Of a DNA stretch of 64,000 bases, positions 18,507-28,463 are shown in pieces. Numbering within the stretch: the first letter of the stretch is position 1; every line of letters begins with the position of its first letter. A program made the position numbers and the translations under genes. The notes beneath the pieces were generated by a model. That model had not been told where the DNA came from. It saw only the letters and a program-made list of their open reading frames with translations, and searched no databases. Origin of the DNA: Spirochaetia bacterium (GTDB taxonomy: Bacteria > Spirochaetota > Spirochaetia > SZUA-6 > Bin103); the NCBI GenBank assembly GCA_965198005.1, contig CBDAOI010000004.1, positions 608,001 to 672,000 of the forward strand, given 5' to 3'.

Positions 18507-20273
18507 TCAGCCGGCCGCTGCCGGAGTCGGCGCCGCCGGCGGCTGGCGCGCCATCCCGGCCGCGGCGGCCGCACCGTCGCCGTTCGCGTCACCCGCGTCA
18601 CCCCGCCCGGCGGCCGTGAGCGAACGGTTCAGGGCCGAGATCAGCGCCAGCGCCGAGGCCTTGGCGATGTTGGGGTGGATGCCGACCCCGTAGCGCTGGA
18701 TGCCGTCGTCGCGCGCCACCTGGATGTACGCGATCGCGGTCGAATCGGTGCCCTGACCGAGGGCGTGCTCCGAGTAGTGGGTCAGCCGGAAGTCGGCCAG
18801 CCCGGCGCCGCGCAGCGCGTCCTTGAGCGCGTCGATCGGCCCGTTGCCGCTGCCGCTCAGCTCCATCTGCGTGCCGTCCACGGCAATCGTCAGGCGGCCG
18901 TTCATGCGCGAGCTGTCCTGCTCGTCGCTGGCGATGGCGTAGTCGATGAACTCGATCGGCGCGTTCGCCTGCAGGTACTCGCGTTCGAACTCGCGCCAGA
19001 TCTCCTGCGCCTCGACCTCGCGTTCGACGCGGTCGGTGAGCTGCTGCACCACGCGCCCGAACTCCGCCTGCATGGTCTTGGGAATCTGGCAGCCGAACTC
19101 GCTCTCCATCACGTAGGCCACCCCGCCCTTGCCGGACTGCGAGTTGATGCGGATGATCGCCTCGTAGGAGCGGCCGACGTCGGTGGGATCGATCGGCAGG
19201 TAGGGGACCTCCCACAGTCCGCCCTGCTGCTGCGCGCCCATCCCCTTGTTGATCGCGTCCTGGTGCGAGCCCGAGAACGCCGTGAACACCAGCTCGCCGG
19301 CGTACGGATGGCGCGCTCCGATCGGCAGCTCGGTACAGTAGTCGGAGACCTCGATCAACCGGCTGAGGTCGTGCAGGTCGAGGCCGGGGTCCACCCCCTG
19401 GGTGTACAGGTTGAGCGCCACGGTCACGATGTCGACGTTGCCGGTGCGTTCGCCGTTGCCGAACAGCGTGCCCTCGACCCGCTCGGCGCCGGCCATCAGT
19501 GCCAGCTCGGTGGCGGCGACGCCGGTGCCGCGGTCGTTGTGGGTGTGCAGGCTGAGGATGATGCTGTCCCGGCGCCGGACCTGCCGCAGAAACCACTCGA
19601 TCTGGTCGGCGTACACGTTGGGGGTGGCCAGCTCGACCGTGGCGGGCAGGTTGATGATGATGCGCCGCTCCGGCGTGGGGTCCCACACCTCGATCACCGC
19701 GTCGCATACCTCCACCGCGAACTCCAGCTCGGTGCCGGTGAAGCTCTCGGGCGAGTACTCGTAGACGATCTCGGTGTCGGTGCGGTCCGCCAGCTCGCGC
19801 ACCAGGCGGGTGCCGTCGACCGCGATCTGCTTGATGGCGGCCCGGTCCAGGCGGAACACCACCCGGCGCTGCAGCTCCGACGTGGAGTTGTACAGATGGA
19901 CGATGGCGCGCGGCGTGCCGGCGATCGCCTCGAAGGTGCGCCGGATCAGATGGTCGCGGGCCTGGGTGAGCACCTGCGGATAGACCTGGCTGGGGATCAG
20001 GTCCTGCTCGATCAGGGTGCGGGTGAAGTCGAACTCGACCGCCGCGGCGGAGGGAAAACCGACCTCGATCTCGGTGAAGCCGACGTCCACCAGCAGCGAG
20101 AACATGCGCAGCTTCTGCGCCACGTGCATCGGGTTGATGAGCGCCTGGTTGCCGTCGCGCAGGTCGACGCTGCACCAGAACGGCGCGCGCTCGATGGCGC
20201 GGTTCGGCCAGGTGCGATCGGGCAGATCGATCGGCGGGAACGGACGGTACTTGGTAATGGTGCCTCGTTGCAT
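18507..20273 (-). CDS. leuA: 2-isopropylmalate synthase
   Basis: KYRPFPPIDLPDRTWP, WCSVDLRDGNQAL, HTHNDRG, GNGERTGN, AFSGSHQDAI, RINSQSGKGG; AAGGAG SD. Confidence 0.96.
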   Translation of the reverse strand: MQRGTITKYRPFPPIDLPDRTWPNRAIERAPFWCSVDLRDGNQALINPMHVAQKLRMFSLLVDVGFTEIEVGFPSAAAVEFDFTRTLIEQDLIPSQVYPQVLTQARDHLIRRTFEAIAGTPRAIVHLYNSTSELQRRVVFRLDRAAIKQIAVDGTRLVRELADRTDTEIVYEYSPESFTGTELEFAVEVCDAVIEVWDPTPERRIIINLPATVELATPNVYADQIEWFLRQVRRRDSIILSLHTHNDRGTGVAATELALMAGAERVEGTLFGNGERTGNVDIVTVALNLYTQGVDPGLDLHDLSRLIEVSDYCTELPIGARHPYAGELVFTAFSGSHQDAINKGMGAQQQGGLWEVPYLPIDPTDVGRSYEAIIRINSQSGKGGVAYVMESEFGCQIPKTMQAEFGRVVQQLTDRVEREVEAQEIWREFEREYLQANAPIEFIDYAIASDEQDSSRMNGRLTIAVDGTQMELSGSGNGPIDALKDALRGAGLADFRLTHYSEHALGQGTDSTAIAYIQVARDDGIQRYGVGIHPNIAKASALALISALNRSLTAAGRGDAGDANGDGAAAAAGMARQPPAAPTPAAAG

Positions 20274-20303
20274 GGCTCGCTCCTTGCTTGCTCCTCTGCG
20301 CCG

Positions 20304-20358
20304 AAACAAAAAAAGCCCAGGTCCGCCGGTTGACCGTGGTCAACGGAGCGCCTGGGCT
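20304..20358 (-). terminator. Intrinsic terminator of the leu attenuator
   Basis: Outer stem AGCCCAGG/CCTGGGCT, inner GTTGACC/GGTCAAC hairpin, followed by a U-tract on the minus strand. Confidence 0.85.
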
Positions 20359-20379
20359 GCTTTCGCTGCGCCGCGTGCG

Positions 20380-20469
20380 TTACATACGCGCTCCGGCGGA
20401 GCATCCGGCAACCCAGGCCGGTAGGCCCAGTAGGGTGAGAAGCAGGTTGTCGTGGTCCTGTTGCCGCAT
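20380..20469 (-). CDS. Leucine attenuator leader peptide MRQQDHDNLLLTLLGLPAWVAGCSAGARM
   Basis: 29-aa ORF with Leu codon cluster CTG CTT CTC ACC CTA CTG GGC CTA, directly upstream of the terminator and leuA. Confidence 0.85.
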   Translation of the reverse strand: MRQQDHDNLLLTLLGLPAWVAGCSAGARM

Positions 20470-20549
20470 GTCCGTGCCGGAGTACCGCTAACCTACCACC
20501 GGCGCGCGCGGTTTGCAAGTGGGCGGCGCGCAAAAAATCGCAGGGTGCG

Positions 20550-21521
20550 CTACTGGGCGTGTTCGGCCAGGTAGCGCTCGGCCTCCATGGCCGCCATGCA
20601 GCCGCTGCCGGCGGCGGTTACCGCCTGGCGGTACACCTTGTCCTGCACGTCGCCGCAGGCGAACACGCCCGGCTTGCTGGTGACGGTGGAGTCGCCGGGC
20701 GTGATCAGGTAGCCGGTCTCGTCGGTCTCGAGCTGGCCATCGAGGAAGGCGGTGTTGGGCTCGTGGCCGATGGCGAAGAACAGTCCGCCCGCCGCGAGCT
20801 CACGGGTCGCTTCGGTCTTGACGTTGCGCACGCGCACGCCGGCCACCAGCCCGTCGCCCAGCACTTCGGTCAGCACCGTATCCCACACCACGTCGATCTT
20901 GCCGTTGGCGAACACGCGCTGCTGCATCGCCTTCGACGCGCGCATCACGTCGCGCCGCACCAGCATGGTGACGCTGCTGCCGTACCTGGTGAGGAAAGTG
21001 GCCTCTTCGGCCGCGGTGTCGCCGCCGCCGACCACCACCAGCGGCTTGTCGCGGAACACCGGCAGGGCGCCGTCGCACACCGCGCACGCGGAGATGCCGC
21101 GCTGCCAGAGCCGGTCGGCGCCAGTGACCTGGAGGCGCTTGGCGGTGGCGCCGGTGGCGATGATCAGGGTGCGGGTGCGCGCGGTGGCGCCGCCGTCGGC
21201 GGTCACCGCGTACGGGACGGCGTCAAGGTCCACGGCGGCGACCGTCTCGGTGACGATGCGCGCGCCGCTACGCTCCGACTGCCGGCGCATCAGCACCATC
21301 AGCTCGGGGCCGCTGATGCCGTCGGGAAACCCGGGGTAGTTCTCGACCTCGGTGGTGGTGGTGAGCTGGCCGCCGGCCGCGACGCCGCCGGCCATGAATC
21401 CCTCGTACAGCAGCGGCGCCAGCATGGCGCGCCCCGCGTACACCGCCGCGGTATGGCCCGCCGGACCGGAGCCGATGATTACGCAGTGCTCGATCTGGTC
21501 GTGGTGCTCGTCAGCCGGCAA
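20550..21521 (-). CDS. trxB: Thioredoxin reductase
   Basis: [50 protein letters not shown]. Confidence 0.96.
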   Translation of the reverse strand: MPADEHHDQIEHCVIIGSGPAGHTAAVYAGRAMLAPLLYEGFMAGGVAAGGQLTTTTEVENYPGFPDGISGPELMVLMRRQSERSGARIVTETVAAVDLDAVPYAVTADGGATARTRTLIIATGATAKRLQVTGADRLWQRGISACAVCDGALPVFRDKPLVVVGGGDTAAEEATFLTRYGSSVTMLVRRDVMRASKAMQQRVFANGKIDVVWDTVLTEVLGDGLVAGVRVRNVKTEATRELAAGGLFFAIGHEPNTAFLDGQLETDETGYLITPGDSTVTSKPGVFACGDVQDKVYRQAVTAAGSGCMAAMEAERYLAEHAQ

Positions 21522-22113
21522 AGCGGGCGGCCACCGCTTCCCAGTTGATCACGTTGTAGAACGCGGCGATGTACTCCGGGCGCCGATTCTGGTACTTCAG
21601 GTAGTAGGCATGCTCCCACACGTCCAGGCCCAGCAACGGCGTGTCGCCCTGCATCAGCGGACTGTCCTGGTTGGCCGTGCTGTACACCGCCAAGCCGCCG
21701 CCGGCCTGCTTGACCAGCCACGCCCAGCCGCTGCCGAAGCGCTTGGTGGCGGCGTCGCTGAACGCCGCCTTGAAGCCGTCGAAGCTGCCGCAGGCCGCGT
21801 TGATGGCGTCGGCCAGCGCGCCGCCCGGCTCGCCGCCGGCGTCCGGTCCCAGCACGCTCCAGAACAGGCTGTGGTTGGCGTGGCCGCCGCCGTTGTTCTG
21901 CACCGCGGTGCGCTTGTCCGCGGGTACCAGCGAGATGTCGCGCATCAGCTTCTCGATGTCCCAGCTCTCGAACTCGGTGCCGGCCACCGCGGCGTTGAGG
22001 TTGGCGACGTAGGTCGCGTGATGCTTGTCGTGGTGGATGGTCATGGTGGTCGCGTCAACGTGCGGCTCCAGCGCGTCGTACGCGTAGGGAAGGGGAGGCG
22101 TCTCGAAGGCCAT
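21511..22113 (-). CDS. sodA: Mn/Fe superoxide dismutase
   Basis: [46 protein letters not shown]. Confidence 0.93.
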   Translation of the reverse strand: MAFETPPLPYAYDALEPHVDATTMTIHHDKHHATYVANLNAAVAGTEFESWDIEKLMRDISLVPADKRTAVQNNGGGHANHSLFWSVLGPDAGGEPGGALADAINAACGSFDGFKAAFSDAATKRFGSGWAWLVKQAGGGLAVYSTANQDSPLMQGDTPLLGLDVWEHAYYLKYQNRRPEYIAAFYNVINWEAVAARFAG

Positions 22114-22286
22114 ATTCGCTCCTCAGTGGCGGATTTCGAGGTGGTGGAATCGGGCAACCCCACCTCAGCCGGCAAGATACTAAGCTCGCCCGGCGCGGGT
22201 CAAGGTGGCGCCGCCGCCGCAGCCGCCGCGCGCGCCGCCGCCGGGGGCCGGCGTCCGATCCGCCAAGTGCGCTCCAATAACGTCGC

Positions 22287-22752
22287 TCACACGGCGGCGG
22301 TGAGTCCCAGCACCGAAACGAGGATTCCCAGCACGGCGAAGGCAGCCAAGCCCATCCACTTCACCATCGAGAACTGCTTCTCGACGGCCTCGAACGAATC
22401 GCTGGTCGACGGCCGCAAAGCCTGCCTTCATGGTCTCCTGCACAGACTCGAACCGCTGGTCGACGGCCTCGAACCGCCTGTCGACGGCCGCGAAGCGCGC
22501 CTCCATCAGCTCCTGCTGGGCTGCGAAGCGCTGGTCGACGGCCGCGAAGCGCGCCTCCATCAGCTCCTGCTGGGCTGTGAAGCGCGTCTCCATAGTCTCG
22601 CGCAAGTGCTTCAACTCCTGCTGAAGGCGCACTTGGCTCTGCAGCAGGTCGCGACCGGTCACCACTTGTGGTGAGGCGTCGAGCAGCCAGTCACTCAGGT
22701 TCCCCCGTACGTAGTCGCCGATCTGTTGGAGTTCCGATTCTCCGAGCGGCAT
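22287..22752 (-). pseudogene. Coiled-coil repeat protein with C-terminal TM anchor (DUF1640/CCDC90-like), copy 1, frameshifted
   Basis: AGGAG-N5-ATG; repeats QQELMEARFAAVDQRF; a 4-nt TTCG duplication near 22395 moves the tail KWMGLAAFAVLGILVSVLGLTAAV out of frame. Confidence 0.7.
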
Positions 22753-22949
22753 GGTCACTCCTCCCATCACACTACCCCAACGACCTGCCGTCCGTCCTGC
22801 TTCAACCGCGGCCAAGTGCGCAGCACGTCACCGCAGAGCGCGACTCCTGACGAGCGAGACGTACGCAACGGACTCCTCGACTCCTCGAAGAGTCGCACGA
22901 GCTGGACCTCTACCGGCGGATGCGGCTACCGCGGCGCGGCGGGCCGGGA

Positions 22950-23083
22950 TCACGGCACGCTCACCAGTGGCGGCGCCGCCCGCAGCGCGCAATGACCCGG
23001 CGGAACGCCGTGTCGGTGACGTTGGCCATCGGCGCCAGCAGCAGCATGGGCCGCGGCAGCGTATCCCGGAAGTTGACTTGCAC
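22950..23083 (-). pseudogene. Internally deleted dus remnant
   Basis: 5' and 3' ends of dus (25421-26416) joined, 862 bp missing; junction at GCCGCC microhomology. Confidence 0.9.
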
Positions 23084-23162
23084 CGCACCTCAACCTACGC
23101 TCTTGCTATTCTCGGGTCGAGCACCCGGCGACACGAAACTCGACGCATTCTCAGGTGGGACC

Positions 23163-24194
23163 ATCATCGCAACGCACACGACCACGGCTACCGTAGCGGC
23201 ACCGGCCGCGCCTCCGGCAGGGACTCCCGCGCCGGCGGCAGCGACGCCCGTGGCGGCGGCAGCATCCGTAGCCGCGGGGACGCCCGTGCCGGCGGCAGCA
23301 TCCGCGCCCGCGGCCGCGCCCTACCTGCGCAAGCCGCCGTGGCTGCGCACCCGCCCGCGGGCCAGCGAGGCGTTCGGCGACGTACGGCGTCTGATGCGCG
23401 CCAAACGGCTGACCACCGTGTGCGAGGAGGCGCGCTGTCCCAACATCCAGGAATGCTGGGGCGTCCACCGCACCGCCACCTTCATGATCCTGGGCAGCGT
23501 GTGCACCCGCCGCTGCCGCTTCTGCTCCGTGGAAACCGGCCTACCCACGGAACTGGATCTGGCCGAACCGGAGCGGGTCGCGGCCGCCGTGGCCGAGATG
23601 CGGTTGCGGCACGTGGTGGTGACCATGGTGGCGCGCGACGACCTGGCCGACGGCGGCGCCGCGGTGTGCGCGGCCACGGTGGCGGCGATTCGGGGCGCGG
23701 CGCGCTGCAGCGTGGAGCTGCTCACCTCCGACCTGGGCGGCAGCCGGGAGGCAATCGCCGCCGTGGCGGCGGCCGCCCCCGAGGTGCTGTCGCACAACGT
23801 CGAGACGGTGCCGCGCCTGACCCGGCTGGTGCGCTCCCACTCCACCTACGAGCGCTCGCTGCAGTTCCTCGAGACTGCCCACCGGCTGGCCCCGGACCTG
23901 CTCACCAAGTCGAGCCTCATGGTGGGTCTGGGCGAGACCCGGGAGGAGGTGCTGGCCACCCTGCGCGACCTGCGCGCCGCCGGCGTCCGGATCGTCAACA
24001 TCGGCCAGTACCTGCAGCCCACCGCGCGGCAGCAGTCGGTGGTCCGCTACTGGCATCCCGACGAGTTCGCCGAGCTGCGGGCGGCGGCGCGCGCGCTCGG
24101 CTTCATGCACTGCGAAGCCGGCCCCTTCGTCCGCTCCTCCTACCACGCCGGCGATCAGTTCGCCGAGCTGGCAGCCCGCGCCGTGGGGCAGTAG
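23163..24194 (+). CDS. lipA: Lipoyl synthase (start uncertain: ATC 23163 or GTG 23250)
   Basis: RKPPWL, TVCEEARCPNIQECW, CTRRCRFC, HNVETV, GQYLQP, VRSSYHA. Confidence 0.93.
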   Translation: MIATHTTTATVAAPAAPPAGTPAPAAATPVAAAASVAAGTPVPAAASAPAAAPYLRKPPWLRTRPRASEAFGDVRRLMRAKRLTTVCEEARCPNIQECWGVHRTATFMILGSVCTRRCRFCSVETGLPTELDLAEPERVAAAVAEMRLRHVVVTMVARDDLADGGAAVCAATVAAIRGAARCSVELLTSDLGGSREAIAAVAAAAPEVLSHNVETVPRLTRLVRSHSTYERSLQFLETAHRLAPDLLTKSSLMVGLGETREEVLATLRDLRAAGVRIVNIGQYLQPTARQQSVVRYWHPDEFAELRAAARALGFMHCEAGPFVRSSYHAGDQFAELAARAVGQ

Positions 24195-24592
24195 TGGCGC
24201 CGGACGGCTCCACCGTCGGCGCGGCCATTGGCGCGCGGGCGGCGGCCTACGCCCCCTACTCGGGGTTTGCCGTGGGCGCCGCGGTGCGCGGCGAGAGCGG
24301 GGCCATCTACACCGGCTGCAACGTCGAGAACGCCGCCTATCCCGAGAGCATCTGCGCCGAGGCGGCGGCGATTGCGGCGCTGGTGATGGCCGGCGAGCGC
24401 CGCCTCACCGAGGTCGCGGTCGCCGGCGGCGGCGACCAGCTCTGCACCCCCTGCGGCGGCTGCCGCCAGAAGATCCGCGAGTTCGCCGCCGACACCACCC
24501 CCATCCTGGTATGCGGACCGGCCGGACTGCGCCGGCGCTTCACCCTCGCCGACCTCCTGCCCGCCTCATTCGGCCCCGCCAACCTGGCGTGA
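24194..24592 (+). CDS. cdd: Cytidine deaminase
   Basis: YAPYSGFAVGAA, GCNVENAAY, CAE, PCGGCRQ, LLPASF; GTG overlaps the lipA TAG. Confidence 0.93.
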   Translation: MAPDGSTVGAAIGARAAAYAPYSGFAVGAAVRGESGAIYTGCNVENAAYPESICAEAAAIAALVMAGERRLTEVAVAGGGDQLCTPCGGCRQKIREFAADTTPILVCGPAGLRRRFTLADLLPASFGPANLA

Positions 24593-24765
24593 ACGCCGAG
24601 GCACCTCCGTGATGACGATCTGCCGTTCTGGCTCACACACCCGCCACGTGCACGTGGCCCGACGCTTCTCTTCGCAGGCTCGCGCCCTTGAGGATACAGC
24701 GGCCGCGTATGGGGGACGCGCCGAGCCGGTAGAGGAACCGCTCGCACGCGTAGCAATAACGTCGC

Positions 24766-25222
24766 TCACACGGCGGCGAGGAGTCCCAGCACCGAAACGA
24801 GGATTCCCAGCACGGCGAAGGCAGCCAAGCCCATCCACTTCACCATCGAGAACTGCTTCTCGACGGCCGCAAAGCCTGCCTTCATGGTCTCCTGCACAGA
24901 CTCAGACGGCCTCGAACCGCTCGAAGCGGTCGACGGCCTCGAAGCGCCTGTCGACGGCCGCGAAGCGCGCCTCCATCAGTTCCTGTTGCGCTTCGAACCG
25001 CTGGTCGACGGCCGCGAAGCGCGCCTCCATCAGCTCCTGCTGGGCTGCGAAGCGCGTCTCCATAGTCTCGCGCAAGTGCTTCAACTCCTGCTGAAGGCGA
25101 ACTTGGCTCTGCAGCAGGTCGCGACCGGTCACCACTTGTGGTGAGGCGTCGAGCAGCCAGTCACTCAGGTTCCCCCGTACGTAGTCGCCGATCTGTTGGA
25201 GTTCCGATTCTCCGAGCGGCAT
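24766..25222 (-). pseudogene. Coiled-coil repeat protein with C-terminal TM anchor, copy 2, frameshifted
   Basis: Same N-terminus as copy 1; TGA at 24902 after a shift in the repeat array; TM tail in another frame. Confidence 0.7.
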
Positions 25223-25420
25223 GGTCACTCCTCCCATCACACTACCCCAACGACCTGCCGTCCGTCCTGCTTCAACCGCGGCCAAGTGCGCAGCACGTCA
25301 CCGCAGAGCGCGACTCCTGGCGAGCGAGACGTACGCAACGGACTCCTCGACTCCTCGAAGAGTCGCACGAGCTGGACCTCTACCGGCGGATGCGGCTCAC
25401 CGCGGCGAGGCGGGCCGGGA

Positions 25421-26416
25421 TCACGGCACGCTCACCAGTGGCGGCGCCGCCAGCGCCGGCCGGCCGGCCCGGAACCGTTCCACCACGGCGCGGGCGGCGG
25501 CCAGGTCGGTGGTCTCCATCAGCGCCACCCGCAGGTGCCGGGTGCCGGGGAAGCCGCTCAGGTACGCCTTGAAGTGGCGCCGCATCTCCACGAACGGGCG
25601 CACCTCGCCGAGCAGGCGGTGGAACAGGGCGGCGTGCTCCAGCATCACGTCGAGCACCGTGTCCAGCGGCAGCTCCCGCTTGGACAGCGTCGGGTTGAAC
25701 AGCCACGGGTTGCCGAAGATGGCGCGGCCCAGCATGACGCCGTCGGCGCCGGTCAGGGCGGCTAGGTCGCGGGCATGGGTGGGATCGCGCACGTCGCCGT
25801 TGCCGATGATCGGGACGCCGCTGCCGCGGGCCAGGCGGACGGCGCGCGCCACCGCGTCCCAGTGGGCGGCGGTGTTGGACAGCTCGCGCACGGTGCGCGC
25901 GTGCAGGGTGATGGCGGCGGGGCGCAGCTCCAGCAGCACGCTCAGCCACTGCTCCAGGATGTCGCGGTCGATGCCGAGGCGGGTCTTGACCGACACCGGC
26001 AGGCCGCCGGCGCCCTCGCGGGTGGCGGCGTAGATCTCGCGCATGCGAACCGGGTCCCCGATCAGCGCGGCCCCGGCACCCTGCTTGAGCACGCGGCGAT
26101 CGGGGCAGCCGGTGTTGACGTCGATGCCGTCGAAGCCGAGCCTGCGCGCGAGCTGCGCACATTGATGGAAGGTCTCCGGCCGCGGACCGAAGAACTGCAC
26201 CACCAGCGGCCGTTCGCTGGGATCGAAGGCCAGCTCGGCCAGCAGCCGTTCGCGGCCGCGTGAGCACAGCCCCTCGCACGAGGTGAACTCGGTCATCATC
26301 ACGTGCGGCCGCCCGTAGCGCGCAACGACCCGGCGGAACGCCGTGTCGGTGACGTTGGCCATCGGCGCCAGCAGCAGCATGGGCCGCGGCAGCGTATCCC
26401 AGAAGTTGACTTGCAC
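25421..26416 (-). CDS. tRNA-dihydrouridine synthase (Dus family)
   Basis: LAPMANVTD, VQFFG, DVNTGCP, GAGAAL, SVKTRLG, LHART, IGNGDV, GVMLGRAIFGNPW. Confidence 0.93.
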   Translation of the reverse strand: MQVNFWDTLPRPMLLLAPMANVTDTAFRRVVARYGRPHVMMTEFTSCEGLCSRGRERLLAELAFDPSERPLVVQFFGPRPETFHQCAQLARRLGFDGIDVNTGCPDRRVLKQGAGAALIGDPVRMREIYAATREGAGGLPVSVKTRLGIDRDILEQWLSVLLELRPAAITLHARTVRELSNTAAHWDAVARAVRLARGSGVPIIGNGDVRDPTHARDLAALTGADGVMLGRAIFGNPWLFNPTLSKRELPLDTVLDVMLEHAALFHRLLGEVRPFVEMRRHFKAYLSGFPGTRHLRVALMETTDLAAARAVVERFRAGRPALAAPPLVSVP

Positions 26417-26564
26417 CGCACCTCAACCTACGCTCTTGCTATTCTCGGGTCCAGGGCCATCTACACCGGCTGCAACGTCGAGAACGCCGCATGTATACGA
26501 GGTAGACATCGCTACGCGGGTCCGCCAGCGCTCATCAGCACGCCGGCACGCTCGACCAGTTCCA

Positions 26565-27854
26565 TCACGTGGGCGTTGCGCTCTCGGCAACACGTGCGAT
26601 TGCATCCAGTTTCTCGCGGAGCTCCGGGTCGAACTCGCTCTCGGGCACGTAATCGGCCAACTCGTAGAAGCTCTTCTTGGCCATCAGGTTCGGCACCCCC
26701 AGCCTGTCGAAGTATGACTTGAACAGCGGTGTCAGAAACTCGTCGCTGGCCTTGATGCCGGGGTCCCAGGGAGAGCCCTTGCCGAGCGTCGCCAGGGCCG
26801 ACTCGACCTCCGCGATTGCGCTGCGCATCGCGCGCAGCCGTTGGTGGACCTCGGCTTCGGTGAACAGCGGCCCCGGCGCGGATTGCGCAGCCGAAGCCGT
26901 GGCGTAGGCTTCGAGCGTGGCCCGGGAGCACAGATAGTTCTCGATCTCTCGACGCTTCCAGATCTGGCACTCGACGGGTGTGAGGTCGGGTGGCGCCATT
27001 CGATCAAACAGAGCAACGCCGCGCAGGGCAGGCAGAGCCTCCTTCAATCCGTGGAAGTGGCTCTGCACGGCCGACGGCTGATTCCCCACGACCTGCACGA
27101 ACGGCCGCTCAAGCGCCCTGATCGCGGGTTCGTGGCCCAGCCGCCGGGCAAACGCCTGCAGGATGCTGAGGTCGGTCGAGCCTTCTATATAGAGCACCCA
27201 GCCGGTCTGTTCCGCCTGGTAGTACTGGTCGAACGCGATATCCCTGAGCGACTTCAGTACCTGGCTCCCGCGGTTGTCGACGCGGTGCGGCTGGCCGACA
27301 AAGGCCACGACCAGATCGCGGCCGGCGGCCTCGTTGAGCAGCACCTCGGAGTGACTGGCGGCGATGATCTGGCTGCCGCTTTCGCGCGCCACGTCGGTGA
27401 GCAGGCCGTAGATCTGGCGCTGGCGGAGAATCTCCAGGTGCGCGTCCGGTTCGTCCAGCAGCAGGACCGCGCCCGGATTCCAATCCACAGGCCCAGTGGC
27501 GGTCGCCCGACACGCCCTCGACGATGAGATCGATGCGGATGTTGCTGGTCTGGGGACGCCCCTCGACTCGCCGCACGTCTCGCACGTGCAGATCGCGCCA
27601 CAGCAGGTTGGCGTCAGGGACGGGGATCGCCACCAGATCACGCCGATTGACGGTCACTCCCGGCCGTTTCTCGGGCGTGCTCTTGCCTGACCGCTTCTCG
27701 TCCAGCGCGTGAGACCGATGTCCCAGAGCGCGAGCGCCTGCATGGCGGACGTCTTGCCGGAGTTGTTGGGACCGATGAACACCACCGGACTGCCGAGCTC
27801 GACCTCGACCTCTCCGAAGCGTTTGAAATTGCGGATGATCAGCTTGGTCAGCAC
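26565..27854 (-). pseudogene. ABC/AAA ATPase with Toprim-like C-terminus (OLD-like nuclease), frameshifted and internally deleted
   Basis: IRNFKRF and GPNNSGKT; frameshift near 27700; second break near 27480 into LLLDEPDAHL, ASHS, YIEGSTD, RREIENY. Confidence 0.8.
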
Positions 27855-28000
27855 CCGGTCACGCCCTCATCAAGATTATAGCTCATGGCATCGCAGGGTT
27901 CGCCAAGATGTTGGCGGGCAGAGCGGGTTCCCGCCAGCCGGTAGAGGGGGCCGTTGACCCGTCAAGCATATAATGAACATTATATGCATACGAGGTAGAC

Positions 28001-28228
28001 ATGCTCTCTTTCAAGGTAACCACTGTAGGTGCATCGTCCGGCGTTATCCTCACCAAGGCGGTGCTGGCCCGCCTCAGGGTCAAGAAGGGCGACACGCTCT
28101 ACCTGACCGAGGCCCCGGACGGCGCCTATCGGCTGACCGCGTATGATCCCGACTTCGCCCGCCAGATGGCGCTGGCCGAAGAGATCATGCATGACGACCG
28201 TGAGGTGCTGCGGGCGCTGGCCAAGTGA
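28001..28228 (+). CDS. AbrB/MazE-family antitoxin
   Basis: KVTTVGASSGVILTK, DREVLRALAK; GAGG SD; GTGA-coupled to the doc fragment. Confidence 0.85.
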   Translation: MLSFKVTTVGASSGVILTKAVLARLRVKKGDTLYLTEAPDGAYRLTAYDPDFARQMALAEEIMHDDREVLRALAK

Positions 28229-28407
28229 GCAGCGGTGGCGAGGCATGGCGTTGGCTTGAAAGCAGTGTCGTCTTCGCGATCCATGACCGCCAACTCGCCG
28301 AGCACGGCGGCATGGACGGTATCCGCGATCGAGGTATGGTGGAATCCGCACTGGCCCGGCCGGCCAACCTCGCGCGCTACGGGAATGCCGACGCAGCGGA
28401 CCTTTAA
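28225..28407 (+). pseudogene. Truncated death-on-curing (Doc/Fic) toxin
   Basis: AIHDRQLAEHGG..GIRD.G.VESALARP; ends before the catalytic HPFxDGNKR motif. Confidence 0.85.
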
Positions 28408-28463
28408 GCTGAGAGGTAATACGCCGCTGTCCGTGACACGAGTTTGTCGCTATCCTTGCCGCT

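Larger units (their letters stand above)
22275..23118. repeat. Segmental duplication, copy 1 (matches 24754-25451 plus 26308-26451)
   Basis: Near-identical over the coiled-coil gene, intergenic region, dus ends and dus upstream region. Confidence 0.92.
24754..26490. repeat. Segmental duplication, copy 2, ending in a 37-bp cdd fragment
   Basis: Matches copy 1; 26454-26490 is identical to cdd 24300-24336. Confidence 0.9.

Noticed and set aside
24593-24753. Possible RelE-like toxin remnant (TWRVCEPERQIVITEV, minus strand)
   Set aside because: Too short and degenerate to support a call
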